From: Octopus bimaculoides
Lineage: Eukaryota
DNA: 34,186 nt
NCBI RefSeq assembly: GCF_001194135.2
Contig: NC_068985.1
Span: forward strand, 34,509,006-34,543,191
Direction: 5' to 3'
A program made the position numbers and the translations under genes. Below the pieces are notes generated by a model, which did not search any database, was not told where the DNA came from, and saw nothing but the letters and a program-made list of their open reading frames with translations. Below, one piece after another: positions 22,274-33,591 of the stretch. Positions within the stretch are counted from its first letter, which is position 1; the number at the start of each line of letters is the position of its first letter.

Positions 22274-22653
22274 AGGAGTGGGTGTGTGGTAAGTAGCTTG
22301 CCTACCAATCACATAGTTCCGGATTCAGTCCCACTGTGTGGCACCTTGGTCAAGTGTCTTCTACTACAGCCTCAGGCTGACCAATGCCTTGTGAGTGGAT
22401 TTGGTAGACAGAAACTAAAAGAAGCCTGTCATGTGTGTGTGTGTGTGTGTGTGTTTGTGTGTCTGTGTTTGTCCCCCCCAACATTGCTTGACAACTGATG
22501 CTTGTGTGTTTACATCCCTGCAACTTAGCGGTTCAGCAAAAGACACCAATAGAATAAGTTCTAGGCTTACAAAGAATAAGTCCTAGGGTCGATTTGCTCA
22601 ACTAAAGGTGGTGCTCCAGGATGACCGCAGTCAAATGACTGAAACAAATGAAA

Positions 22654-22655
<2 letters not shown>
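22274..22655 (+). mobile_element. SINE family B, full length, inserted inside an older minus-strand copy of the same family
   Basis: Colinear with 8316-8706. Flanked by the old SINE tail (~22060-22265) and old head (~22715-22860), both on the minus strand. Confidence 0.88.
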
Positions 22656-22694
<39 letters not shown>

Positions 22695-23308
22695 CACACA
22701 CATACATATATGATGAGTTTCTTTCAGTTTCCATCTACCAAATCCACTCACATTATATTTGTTGGCACAGGGATATAACGGAATGCACTTGGCCAAATTG
22801 CCTCATAGTGGGACCGAACACAGAACCATGTGTTTGGGAAGTAAACTTCTTACCACACAGATTCTACTCTAAAGCTTTGAAAATGTTAAAATTTAATAGC
22901 ATATACAATACACTTGTGGCAGACATTTATATGTAACTCAGATTTTATACCCTTTTATTAATCATTAGCCTTAATAATACAGTTCATAAGCATATATTTG
23001 GTAAGTTTTATTTATTGAAATAATCCAAATAATTATATAACTAATATTTAATTCAATAGATATTTGCCTAGACACGAGACACAAAGTATGGAACAGATTT
23101 GTAATGGGAGATGTGATCGGTTGCTGAGTATCCAAAATCAGTCTAGCTTATGGTTAACTCTATTGGTTCCTTTTGGCAAACTGCTAAGTTACATAGATGA
23201 GAGCAGCTAGCACCAACTGTCAAGTGGTGGTGGCTGAACACAAAGACACACTCACTCTCATATATAAATATATATATATGTATGTGTGTGTGTATATATA
23301 CACTTTAA

Positions 23309-23538
23309 CTCTTTTACTCTTTTACTTGTTTCAGTCATTTGACTGCGGCCATGCTGGAGCACCGCCTTTAGTCGAGCAAATCGACCCTAGGACTTATTCT
23401 TTGGATGTCTAGTACTTATTCTACTCTTTTGCCGAACCGCTAAGTTACGGGGACCTAAACACACCACCATCGGTTGTCAAGCGATGTTGGGGGGACACAG
23501 ACACACAAACATATACACATACATACATACATACATAC

Positions 23539-23575
<37 letters not shown>

Positions 23576-23740
23576 TACGACGGGCTTCTTTCAGTTTTCG
23601 TCTACCAAATCCACTCACAAGGCTTTGGTCGGCTCGAGGCTATAGTAGAAGACACTTGCCCAAGGTGCCATGCAGTGGGACTGAACCCAGAACCATGTGG
23701 TTGGTAAGCAAGCTACTTACCACACAGTCACTCCTACGCC
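23309..23740 (-). mobile_element. SINE family B, full length, least degraded copy
   Basis: Reverse complement begins ggcgtaggagtgactgtgtggtaagtagcttgcttaccaaccacatggttctgggttcagtccc. Tail ...gactgaaacaagtaaaagagtaaaagag. Confidence 0.92.
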
Positions 23741-23874
23741 TATATATATAATCAAATAAGTAACAGGATATCAAGTTTTAATGCAATATGACCATTTCAA
23801 GTGGCTCCATAGCTCTTATAAAATATTTGAGAAAAATTATATTAATATATCCTGTCTGTCACATGGTGTCATGA

Positions 23875-24393
23875 TTTGATGTTGATATATGGGTAAAAGT
23901 TAGTTGAAAAATACTGCATGGCGAACAGTAAATTGATCATGTGGAGGGCAGGAAATAGACTAGAGGTTGGTTCGGTCATTGAGGGGGAGTAGGAAGGGGC
24001 AAGATTTGCAAGTATATAGTTCTATATGTGTGTGTGCAGATGTGCTCATATAGTTTTGTGTGTATGTGCATATTGATAAGAGTGGCTAGATGTATGTGTG
24101 TGTAGGCTTGTATGTGTGTGCATATGCGTGCATGCAGGTTTGTCCAAGCACGTGTGTGTGTGCGTGCCCATGTACAGATGTGCTTACTCTCATCAATATA
24201 CATGTGCACGCAAAACTATATGAGCACGTCTGCACACCCACATATAGTGCTATATACTTGCACATGTCATCCCTTCCTACTCCCCCCAACGACCTGACCA
24301 ACATCTAGTCTATTTCCTGTACTCCACGTGTTTAATTTCCTGTTTGCCATGTAGTATTTTCCAACTAACTGTTACCCTTATATTAACATCAAA
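23875..24393. repeat. Foldback element: ~210-bp inverted arms around a ~100-bp TG-rich spacer
   Basis: 23875-24083 versus the reverse complement of 24186-24393, e.g. gggtaaaagttagttgaaaaatactgcatggcgaacagtaaatt vs gggtaacagttagttggaaaatactacatggcaaacaggaaatt. About 80% identical by eye. Confidence 0.85.
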
Positions 24394-24554
24394 CCTTCCA
24401 CGACCAGTCACAGCCCATCTTACAATAATAACAATCAACTTCTGTCATTCAAATTCAAAATGGCTGTTGACTAGCTCATCATGCTTGAAACTCCTTAATA
24501 ACAGCATCACACAAACATACAGGAGCCCCCCCCNNNNNNNNNNCACACACATAT

Positions 24555-26200
24555 GATGATATTAACCAGTAGGCCAGAGATATAGCTATTAAAATAGGTA
24601 AAGAAAATAGAATAGAGACTCTAACAAAGAGAGAGACCTTCATAATGATCAAAGATCATAAGCCTAACTTTTTCCTCTAACTCTAACTGCAGGCTGATGA
24701 ACCTGGCAAACTCTGAGATTGGCCAGGTGAGCAAGCAGCTCATCAGGAAGATCTGTAACAGCATCAGAAATGTCTCTGACCTCACCTTACGGTGCAACAC
24801 CAAAGAGGCCATTACTTGATTTAAGGCCAACAGCAGTAGGAGTAGAGGTAGGTTTATCCAATTTGATATAGTGGACTTCTACCCACCTATATCAAGGGAG
24901 CTCCTATCAGGGGCACTTGACTTCAACATAACCTTTACCGAGGTCAACGACAAAGACATACACATTATCATGCATATCAGGAGAACCCTTCTCTTTAGTA
25001 AGGGGTCCACTTGGACCAAATGCACCAACCTCGCTGGTTTATTTATCCTGGACATATTGAAAAAGAAATTCTCTTCTATTATTTTTGGCCTATAAAGGGA
25101 TGACGTGCTGGCAATTTCAAGAGGTGCTAACAACCATATGCTAGATAGGCTCCAAAAGGACCTCATGTCCACCATGAACTCCCTCGGATTGAAGGTCATT
25201 ATAGAGACCAACCTGAAAGCGGATTTCCTTGATGGGACACTGAACCTGGATTCAGGTGCCTATAGGTCCTTTAGAAAACCAAATGAGAAGTTGTCTTATA
25301 TTAACACAGGTTCTTTCCATCCAGCCATAGTGTTCAGGAACCTAGTTAAGGGCATCAGTAGGAGAATCTCCAACTTGTCTTCAATCAAAGAGATCTTCGA
25401 TGCTGCCACCTCATATTACAACTGGGCTCTGGCTGCCAGTGGTTTCAAGGATAGGATTAGTTACATGCCAGACTCTAGCACCACCAATAGAAAACACCAC
25501 TGGAAAGTACTGTGATTCACACAACCTTTCTCTTTAAATGTTAGGACCAGAGTAGATAAGATCTTTCTTAGCTTAATTGACAGACACTTTCCTTTGACCA
25601 ATAGATTCTATAAAATATTTAATAAGCATACTCTGAGATCATCCTTTAGCTGTGCACCTAGTTTAAAAATGATTTTAGTAGGTAGACCCAGACCTGAGAC
25701 TGTGGCAGAATGTTCAAGAAAGGGTAACACAACACTAAATGGGCAATGCAATACAAAAAGGGGCAACAGAAGGCCTCTTCAGAACCTGCTTTAACAGCCA
25801 CAAGTTCATTTTTAACATCCCTGAGAGATGGAATGCCACAACCCTAGTCCAGCACGTCTGGGCTTTAAAAGGAAGCACCACAGAATACAGTATCAAGTAG
25901 AAAATCATAGAAAGATGCAAGCTCTGCTTCAAAAGTAGCAGGAAGTGCAGACTATGCCTGGTCGAGAAGAGGGCAATCTTAAAAGGCACCCAACACCCGG
26001 ATATTTACCTCAGTAGCAAGAGTGAGGCATTTAATCCTTGTCCACATGAAAGAAAATACATTCTGTCATACCTGCATGATTCACCATGACTGTCACCATG
26101 GGTCCCCTGCCTCGTCCTTCTGCAATAGACCTTCCATCAATGCCCTTGAGGCTGGCGTAAAGCGATTGACCAAGACATACACCAAAATACCCATGTGCAC
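24555..26200 (+). mobile_element. Penelope-like retroelement (RT + GIY-YIG-type C-terminus), degenerate and 5'-truncated
   Basis: TFIMIKDHKPNF...CRLMNLANSEIG...FIQFDIVDFYPPIS, GL*RDD (YRDD catalytic motif), DFLDGTLNL, LSYINTGSFHP, *FTQPFSLNVRT. C-terminal ...KCRLCLVEKRAI...SKSEAFNPCPHERKY. The 3' boundary is uncertain. Confidence 0.9.
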
Positions 26201-27781
26201 AAATACACACACACACACACTCACTCATAAGACAGACACCTCACAAATAAACACTCCCACAACCCTCAGCACACACCACCCTCACATAAACAAACCAACT
26301 TGCACACTTACGCACTATACATTACACACAATACACACTACACTTTATGCATCACATTATACATCACACATTACACACCACATGGAAATATATATAAAAA
26401 AAACTACACAACTTTATCCTTTACATGCACCCCACCCCCACCCCACAGAGAAACTACACAATTTTAATACAACCTTTCCCCACTTCACAATTTCCTTTCT
26501 CCAACTCAGCAGCAAACAAGGGACATGACTCATAACTGACTCACTTGGAACTTTTTTTCATTCTACCAACTTTACACAGCAGATGCCAACCGGTTATGCT
26601 CATTTCCACCTTCAACAGTGGAGAGCGGTTGCCATTTCCCATTCCATGCCAGCTATCTCTGACGAGCGTATATCATAGTATATTATAAAGCTGGTTTGTT
26701 GTCTAACACTCCATTATATAATTTCACACAAAACCAATTGGTAAGACCAGCCATAATGAGTAATTAACACTATAAAAGTCAGACAATATGTATACATACA
26801 CACACACACATATATATATATATCATTTCAGTTTCCATCAACCAAATCCATACCCAAGGCATTTGTTAGCCCAGGGCTATGGTGAATTGCACCTGCAAAG
26901 CTCTGATTGTGTTGAAAATTTCATAGCATATACAATATACTTTTGAGAAAAATTCATATTTAATTTTGATATTTCGCCATTTTATTAATCCTTACCTATA
27001 TCAATGCAGTTGATAAGCATATATTTTTAAAGCTTTATTTGTACAAATGAGCCAAATAATTACATGACTAATATTGAATTCAGCAGATATTTGCCTAGAC
27101 ATGAGAACAAAGTATTGAAGAGATTAGCAATGGTGAATATGATCAGCTGTTGTTGTTGAATATGTAAAATCATTACAGCTTATAGTTAACCCTAGCAAGA
27201 AAGTAACCTTAGAAAGAATCTTACTTCTGTAAACATATTTATGAACAGCTTCTCTTTATGGTAAAATTATCACTTTTAAGTACGAATAAAATATTGAAGT
27301 GACAGAAATAGTACACATCTATGCTTAACACTGTCAGAAATACATTTAGTGTGAGTACATTCTGAGATCAAATCCCATTAAAGAAAATTTTGTTCAATCA
27401 GCCTGTCAATAAATATTACTTTTATACAATCATTAGCATTTTGCTTATAGAATAGAATTTTGGTTGCCAAGGAACCTTCTCGTCAAGCACTAATTCTGAA
27501 ATGTCATATTAATCAAAATTACTCTTGTTTCCTCTTGATAGAAAATGAATTTATTAGGCAATTCTTTTCTTTTTTCCCAATACATCATGAGAGGATGAAG
27601 AGCATACACTATTCATGGAATTTGCCTGGATTTAAATATTCTTTGCTTTTAAATACATGTTTACATATAAAATATACAATATATTTTATTATTTTGTTAG
27701 TTACTTTCTGTGCCACATCAAATTATTTGGAACATCCTCTCCAAACAATAAATTTACCCATATTTATTTAATTTCTTGAAG

Positions 27782-27841
27782 CTATGGAAGAGCAATGTGC
27801 TGAAGCTAGTAGGTCCAAGTATGTAAAATTGTTACCACCAG
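27782..27841 (+). CDS. 60-nt phase 1-1 micro-exon, AMEEQCAEASRSKYVKLLPP
   Basis: Acceptor ttaatttcttgaAG, donor CAG|GTAAGT, stop-free, SKYVKL motif. Confidence 0.82.
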
Positions 27842-27965
27842 GTAAGTACACTTAATTTTGTTAGTACACTGCATGATCTTAGAAATTATCTTAAACAAAA
27901 ATGGAAAGCAAACAACCATAAAATGTATCACTCTCTAACTTTGGTCTATTAATATGTGTGTACAA

Positions 27966-28353
27966 GTGGAGGCGCAATGGCCCAGTGGTTAGGGCAGCGG
28001 ACTCGTGGTCATAGGATCATGGTTTCGATTCCCAGACCGGGTGTTGTGAGTGTTTATTGAGCGAAAAAACCTAAAAGCTCCACGAGGCTCCAGAAGGGGA
28101 TGGTGGCAAACCCTGCTGTACACTTTCACCACAACTTTCTCTCACTCTTACTTCCTGTTTCTGTTGTGCCTGTAATTCAAAGGACCAGCCTTGTCACACT
28201 GTGTCACGCTGAATATCCCTGAGAACTATGTTAAGGGTACACGTGTCTGTGGAGTGCTCAGTCACTTGCACATTAATTTCAAGAGCAGGCTGTTCCGTTG
28301 ATCGGATCAACTGGAACCCTCGACGTCGTAAGCGACAGAGTGCCAACAAAAAA
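27966..28353 (+). mobile_element. tRNA-derived SINE, family C, with TSD (~tgtgtaca)
   Basis: Box A TGGCCCAGTGG, box B GGTTTCGATTCC, ~300-bp non-tRNA body, A-rich tail. The empty site is visible in paralogous introns (~21765, ~16490). Confidence 0.9.
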
Positions 28354-28462
28354 TATGTGTACATGAATGTATGTGTGTGCAACAGTGCTTGAGTGTATCT
28401 TATTGGTGTTTATTATGCTAGTATCAGCACAATACTAACACTATCTGAATGTCATTCATAGC

Positions 28463-29163
28463 TAGTGGCGGCTCGTGTATAGGTGCTGTGGAACTTCAGC
28501 ACCCCCTATTTCAACTCACTATTATTGATAACATTCAATATAATGGGTCCTTTTTTTTAAATTCTTTCTTTATACTTTGTACATCATATAATCCTTAAGC
28601 TTAATGTCAGTAGCCATCCCCTAGTTTATGAAACAAATACAGAAGTCCTTGTATAGATCAGTGTGCTTCAGTTCCAGCAATGCAGTGTTTGGCTGTTGTG
28701 TGCATGTTCACATGTCTGAGATAGGAAGCTGCACGCTAGGGAGAGAGAGCACTGTGGTTCAGCTGTGCTGATCCTGGTGTGCTAGTGAAAGATGATTTTT
28801 CTTTTTGACTCTATGTGTGTTATGCTTCAAAACGTGTTTATATTCTTGAATGTGATCAAGTGTAGAATTAGATTATTATCCTGCTTCCAACTACAGTGTT
28901 GCTGCCAGGATTTGAAAAATAGGGCAGATTTCACCCCCTTGTTTTGTGATGTTTGGGGGATTTTTGAAAAACAAGGGGGAATTTGCAGCAGTGTTCAGGG
29001 AACAAATTAAACACACTACCCGTCAGTGGCTAAAACTCGAACCAATCAAGTTTATGTATATATTTTATTTTTATATGTTCGTTTCCTTTTCCCAATATTA
29101 AAACAACGGCTAAAAATTTTCTGAAGCAGCACCTCCACTAATTTTATCTATGAGCCACCACTA
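28463..29163. mobile_element. Non-autonomous hAT-type DNA transposon (701 bp), TIR TAGTGGYGGCTC, 8-bp TSD TTCATAGC
   Basis: ttcatagc|TAGTGGCGGCTC...GAGCCACCACTA|ttcatagc. The empty site tcattcattgccatg is at ~33856. Confidence 0.88.
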
Positions 29164-29205
29164 TTCATAGCCATGTTTTTAATTCTATTTTTTAATTTCT
29201 TAAAA

Positions 29206-29247
29206 ATATGGAAGGTGCTTATATTAATGTTTCCCAGAAACCTGGCA
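29206..29247 (+). CDS. 42-nt micro-exon paralog, DMEGAYINVSQKPG; acceptor reads AA
   Basis: Homologous acceptor position is ttcttaaAA. Donor GTAAGC, length and frame are intact. An in-frame AG lies 9 nt downstream (29213-29214). Confidence 0.6.
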
Positions 29248-29588
29248 GTAAGCAATCCATTAATAAAATCACATTCATCAGAGCAAGAGTTAGCAAATCT
29301 TGGTTCATTCTTTCTTTGAGTAGTATAGGCAGCTTAATGTATGTCTTTTATATTTCACTTGTTTCAGTCATTGGACTGCAGCCATGCAGCACCACCTTGA
29401 TGGGTTTAATCCAACAAATCTGCCCAAGTACTTATTCTCAAGCTTTGTACTCATTCTGCTGTGTCTTTTGCCAAACTGTTTAGTTCTGTAGATGTAAACA
29501 GACCAACATTGACTGTCATGTGGTGGCGGTGGTAGTGGTGGATGAACACAAAGACATGCACACTCTTGTATATGTATACATATATGTA

Positions 29589-30818
29589 TTGGGTCATCTC
29601 ATAAATAGTGCAGTTTTTATACTTCTTTTATTTTTCTAAATTAAGGTAAACAAAGTTCTTTTTTAATCTAAAATATACTCTCCTTCATTTTCTACAATGC
29701 TCTTCCATCTATCTGGTAGACTTGCAAGGTCACTCTTCCAAAATGCACTCGTCTGTGATGAAAAATACCGCTCCACTTCTTTTCTGACCTTGTCTACAGT
29801 ATTCATATTTTTTCTGTCCAAATGATTTTGAAGACTGTGGAATAAATGATAATCAGATGAGGCAATGTCTGACAAATATGATGGGTAGGGCATCATTTAC
29901 CATTCAAACTGTTCTAGCCTTTGGAATGTCATCCTTGCTGTATGTTGCTGAGCATTAATCCTGATGGAAGAACACCTTTCATCTTGAAATCAAAGAAGGT
30001 CGTTTTCCTTCTTGTACTGACTTAAATCACTCAAGTAGATCTCCTTTGTTTTCATTTGGTTTGAGTTTAAGAAGTTCGAAGTGGATTAAACCTTTCATAT
30101 CCCACCAAACAGATAACGACACCATATGTGGGTGAACACTTTCTTTAGCCTGGAGTGCTGGTGCTTCTCCTTCCCCTACCCACTGTCTTCAGCACTTGAC
30201 ATTTTTACAGAGAACCCATTTCTCATCACCAGTCACTGTTCAGTCAAAAAAAAGGTTCATTCATGAGATGTGACAGAAAAGAAGAGTGCACATTCACTCT
30301 CTGTACGCGATTAGACTCTGAAAGTTTGTGAGGAACCCATTGACCTAATTTGCTGACTTTCCTGATGGCACACAGGTGTTGATGAATGGTTGAATGACCA
30401 AATCCAAGCTCTGCTGGTTTCCCAAAAGTTATTATGGGATTTTGTTCCACCAGGGTTTGCAGGATGAGGCTCATCTTCTAGGCTGTAGTTTCTGGAACCA
30501 CTGTTGACACTGGCTTATGCTTATTGTCCAATCTCCACATACTGCATTAATATTCCTCACATTTTCCATTGCATTGTAGCCTTTATTGGACTCGTATAGC
30601 AAAATATGCCGAATATGTTCCTTTGTTACTTCCATTATAGCTTTGAAAAAATAACTGTCGAAATCGAACTGCACTCTTCAAAATTTGCACTAAGAATAAA
30701 TACAAAGTAAATTTACTATCTGCTTTTATAGCAAGTTGATACTGGTAGTTCATCCTGTCCCCTTCCAACTTTTAGTTCATGCAATTGAAAAAACTGCATT
30801 ATTTATTGGATGACCCAA
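29589..30818 (-). mobile_element. Near full-length mariner transposon (1230 bp), TA TSD, degenerate transposase
   Basis: TA|TTGGGTCATC...GATGACCCAA|TA. Peptides MEVTKEHIRHILLYE, LGQWVPHKLSE (WVPHEL motif), SDIASSDYHLF (YSPDLAPSDYHLF motif) and LPDRWKSIVENEGEYILD*. Confidence 0.93.
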
Positions 30819-32321
30819 TATATATATTGTAAGTGCTTATTCTGAAATGCCATATTAACTAAAATTACTTTTTGCTTCCTTTTATTAGAAAATGAATTTA
30901 TTAGGTAATACTTTTCTTTTTCACAATACATCTGAGAGGACAGGGAACATATACTGTATATGAACTTTGGCTGGATTTAAATATTCTTTGTTTCTTTTGT
31001 GTTTCACTCTTATAGAAAATGTGTTGAATGTTCATAACTGTACAGTTCCTAGCATCCCCCGGTGCATAGCAGTATTGCACCTTTTATGGCTGCCAGCTCA
31101 TTCATCTCTCATCTCATGATTTCCATGTGGTTGCACAAGGCTTCCTTCGAGAGCTATATATATCAGGATACCAATATCAGAAACACAATGCAACTATCAC
31201 ATTATTTCTCCTTGAAACGTTTTGACCTTCCACATCATGCTGCAATTATTGCATTTCGCCTCAGTTGAGGACTTGATGAAATTTTCATGTTCAATCTTTG
31301 ACAGCTAGCATTGTCAATAATAGGCTGCTCCACTTCTTTTATTACTCTAGGCTGCTTGGCTTCTATAACTCCAGTTAGTGTCACACCTAGCCTGGGGATT
31401 TGATATAGTCACACTGTCACTGTTAGGCATACTTGTACACTCAACATGAACCATTGTTCCAGGTGTTGTGTGCAATTCTGGTTCTGGTTCCTGTGTGTTT
31501 AGTGGGGTCAGTTTCTCAACTGCCACTAACTGCAGTAGGTGACACTCCTTCTTAATCCATGCAGTATTCTTTCCAGCATATATCACATATTGTGCCTTGG
31601 ATGTCGCCTTGTTGAACATGGTTTTGTGTATTACATCCTCAACTCTTTTAAAGAATAGGTTTACAGCAACCCTCAATGGTCTATAATTGACTTTTCAGCC
31701 AGTGATAATTTGCAATCACCTGAGGTACTCTGATGATTAAACAGAATTTTGTTCAACTAGTTGCTGAAATTATCTGCCTTCAGATCAAAATGCTTCAGTA
31801 CAGCTTTCACAGTTTGTACAGCTGGACTGTAGGCAGGTGTCTCAATTTTTTGCAACCCATTGAGGACAACATATTCTTTAATGCAACAAATTCAGGTCTG
31901 TTGTCCAATATTAAAGCCGTGGGCACACCAAGATGAATGAAGACCTCAAGCAGCTTGCTTTTCACTACCTCAGTCGAGTGATTAGGACACAAAAATGCCT
32001 AGATCCATGTTGAATAGACATCTACAATTACAAGTATGTTATTGATGCTTGGAATCTATGCCCAATCCATATGTACACATTCCCAGGGCCCAGAAATAGG
32101 CCATGAATAATTTGCCTTTACTAAATTAGGGCTAATTCTCTGGCAACTATCACAAGGTTTGACAAACTTCTCCTTTGAGTAAGCCAACTCAGGCCACCAA
32201 ATACAGAGTCTTGCCTTCTTTATTGTTTGTTGAATACCCATGTGTGTGTCATGTATTTTAGCTAATACTGTGACTCTATAAGGTGCTGGAATAAACAGAT
32301 GATTTTTATGATATATTGAGA

Positions 32322-32412
32322 GTGGAACCTGGTGCAGCATTCTGGCTTACCAGTCCTCAGTTGAACCGTCCAACCCATGCCAGCATGGAAAGTGGACGTT
32401 AAATGATGATGA
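32322..32412 (+). mobile_element. Short RTE 3' tail nested in the Gypsy pol remnant
   Basis: ggaacctggtgcagc...ccatgccagcatggaaagtggacgttaaatgatgatga. Confidence 0.85.
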
Positions 32413-33366
32413 GGATAAGCCGTTTTTGAATGTTAGAAAATCCTCCAGATTAAAAATCGATCTCCAATTTTGCTGTAAAATTCTTTCTTGTATTTTGCTA
32501 TATAATGCATTTGCATCTAGTTGTTTTTAGATATCTTCCATCATTATGGGATCAATGTCCTACCATGCACTGTTGCATTTGCCTAAATGTGAAGCAAAGA
32601 AAATGATATCATCTTCATTAATTTCAGCATATCTCAATTGAGATAGGGCATCGACATGCAGAATACTCTTACCTGGAACATGCTTAACGATCAATTTGTA
32701 CTGATAGAATCAAACTCTACCTGGCTATTTTTTGTGAAGCATGCTGGAATACATCTAAATCCTTAACAAACAGGATTTTTAAAGGCTGGTGATTTGTTTC
32801 TAAATAAAACTGTTTTCCTAGAAGGAAATGCTGCAGTCTATCTACACACCATAACACAGCATAAACCTCGCTCTCTATGTTCAACCAATTTCATTGTGCC
32901 TCACTAAAGATGTAGCTTATGAATGCTACTGTGTTTTCTTCCTGGGATAACACCACAGCTACTGCAAGCAAGGATGCATCTACAGTTAGTGGCAGTTGAG
33001 CAACTGGCCCCACTAACCACACGGAAAACAGAACCAGAATTCAGACTACACTTGGCACAATGGTCCATGCTTAATCTGCAAGGATGTCTAACAATGATGT
33101 GCAACTATATCAAGTCCCCAGGCTAGGCATGACACCAACGCCAGAGTTATAGAAATGGAGCAGCCTATTATTGACAATGCTAATACATTGGGATATCCCC
33201 AGATGAGTTTGTATCTCATTCTCATCCCCATATGTTGTGCTTCACTCTTACAGAAAATGCATTTCACCTCTGAGGCACATGCTGTACAGTTAATAACATA
33301 CGTTGCTGTGTAATGGTATTGTCACTTTTATGGCTACCAGCTCATTGATCACTCATCTCATGATTT

Positions 33367-33368
<2 letters not shown>

Positions 33369-33422
<54 letters not shown>
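33369..33422. repeat. (TA)n microsatellite expanded inside the Gypsy 5' LTR
   Basis: Directly visible. The other LTR has only a short tatatata at the matching region. Confidence 0.95.
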
Positions 33423-33429
<7 letters not shown>

Positions 33430-33591
33430 TGAGGATACTAATGCAACTATCAGAGTTTCTGAACGCATGTTTACATGTAAAATATACAATATATTTTATT
33501 ATTTTGTTAGTTACTTTCTGTGACATATCAAAATAATTGGAACATCTTCTCTGAACAATAAATACACCCATATTTATTTAATTTCTTGAAG

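Larger units (their letters stand above)
30995..33454 (-). mobile_element. Internally deleted Gypsy-type LTR retrotransposon with both LTRs and 5-bp TSD GTTTC
   Basis: Direct repeats at ~30995-31201 and ~33233-33454. On the minus strand, PBS-like TGGGGATGAG follows the 5' LTR and purine-rich AAGGAGAAA precedes the 3' LTR. RNase H end (YKLIVKHVPGKSILHVDALSQL) is followed by integrase (IHDTHMGIQQT...CDSCQR, GPWECVHMDWA, LILDNRPEF). The empty site is visible at ~16190 and ~27645. Confidence 0.85.

Noticed and set aside
26655-26680. CTGACGAG hammerhead core near the PLE 3' region
   Set aside because: No matching stem II/GAAA downstream; at best a truncated remnant.
27966-28040. tRNA gene
   Set aside because: The tRNA-like head continues into a ~300-bp body with an A-rich tail and TSD, and is absent from paralogous introns. 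It is a SINE.
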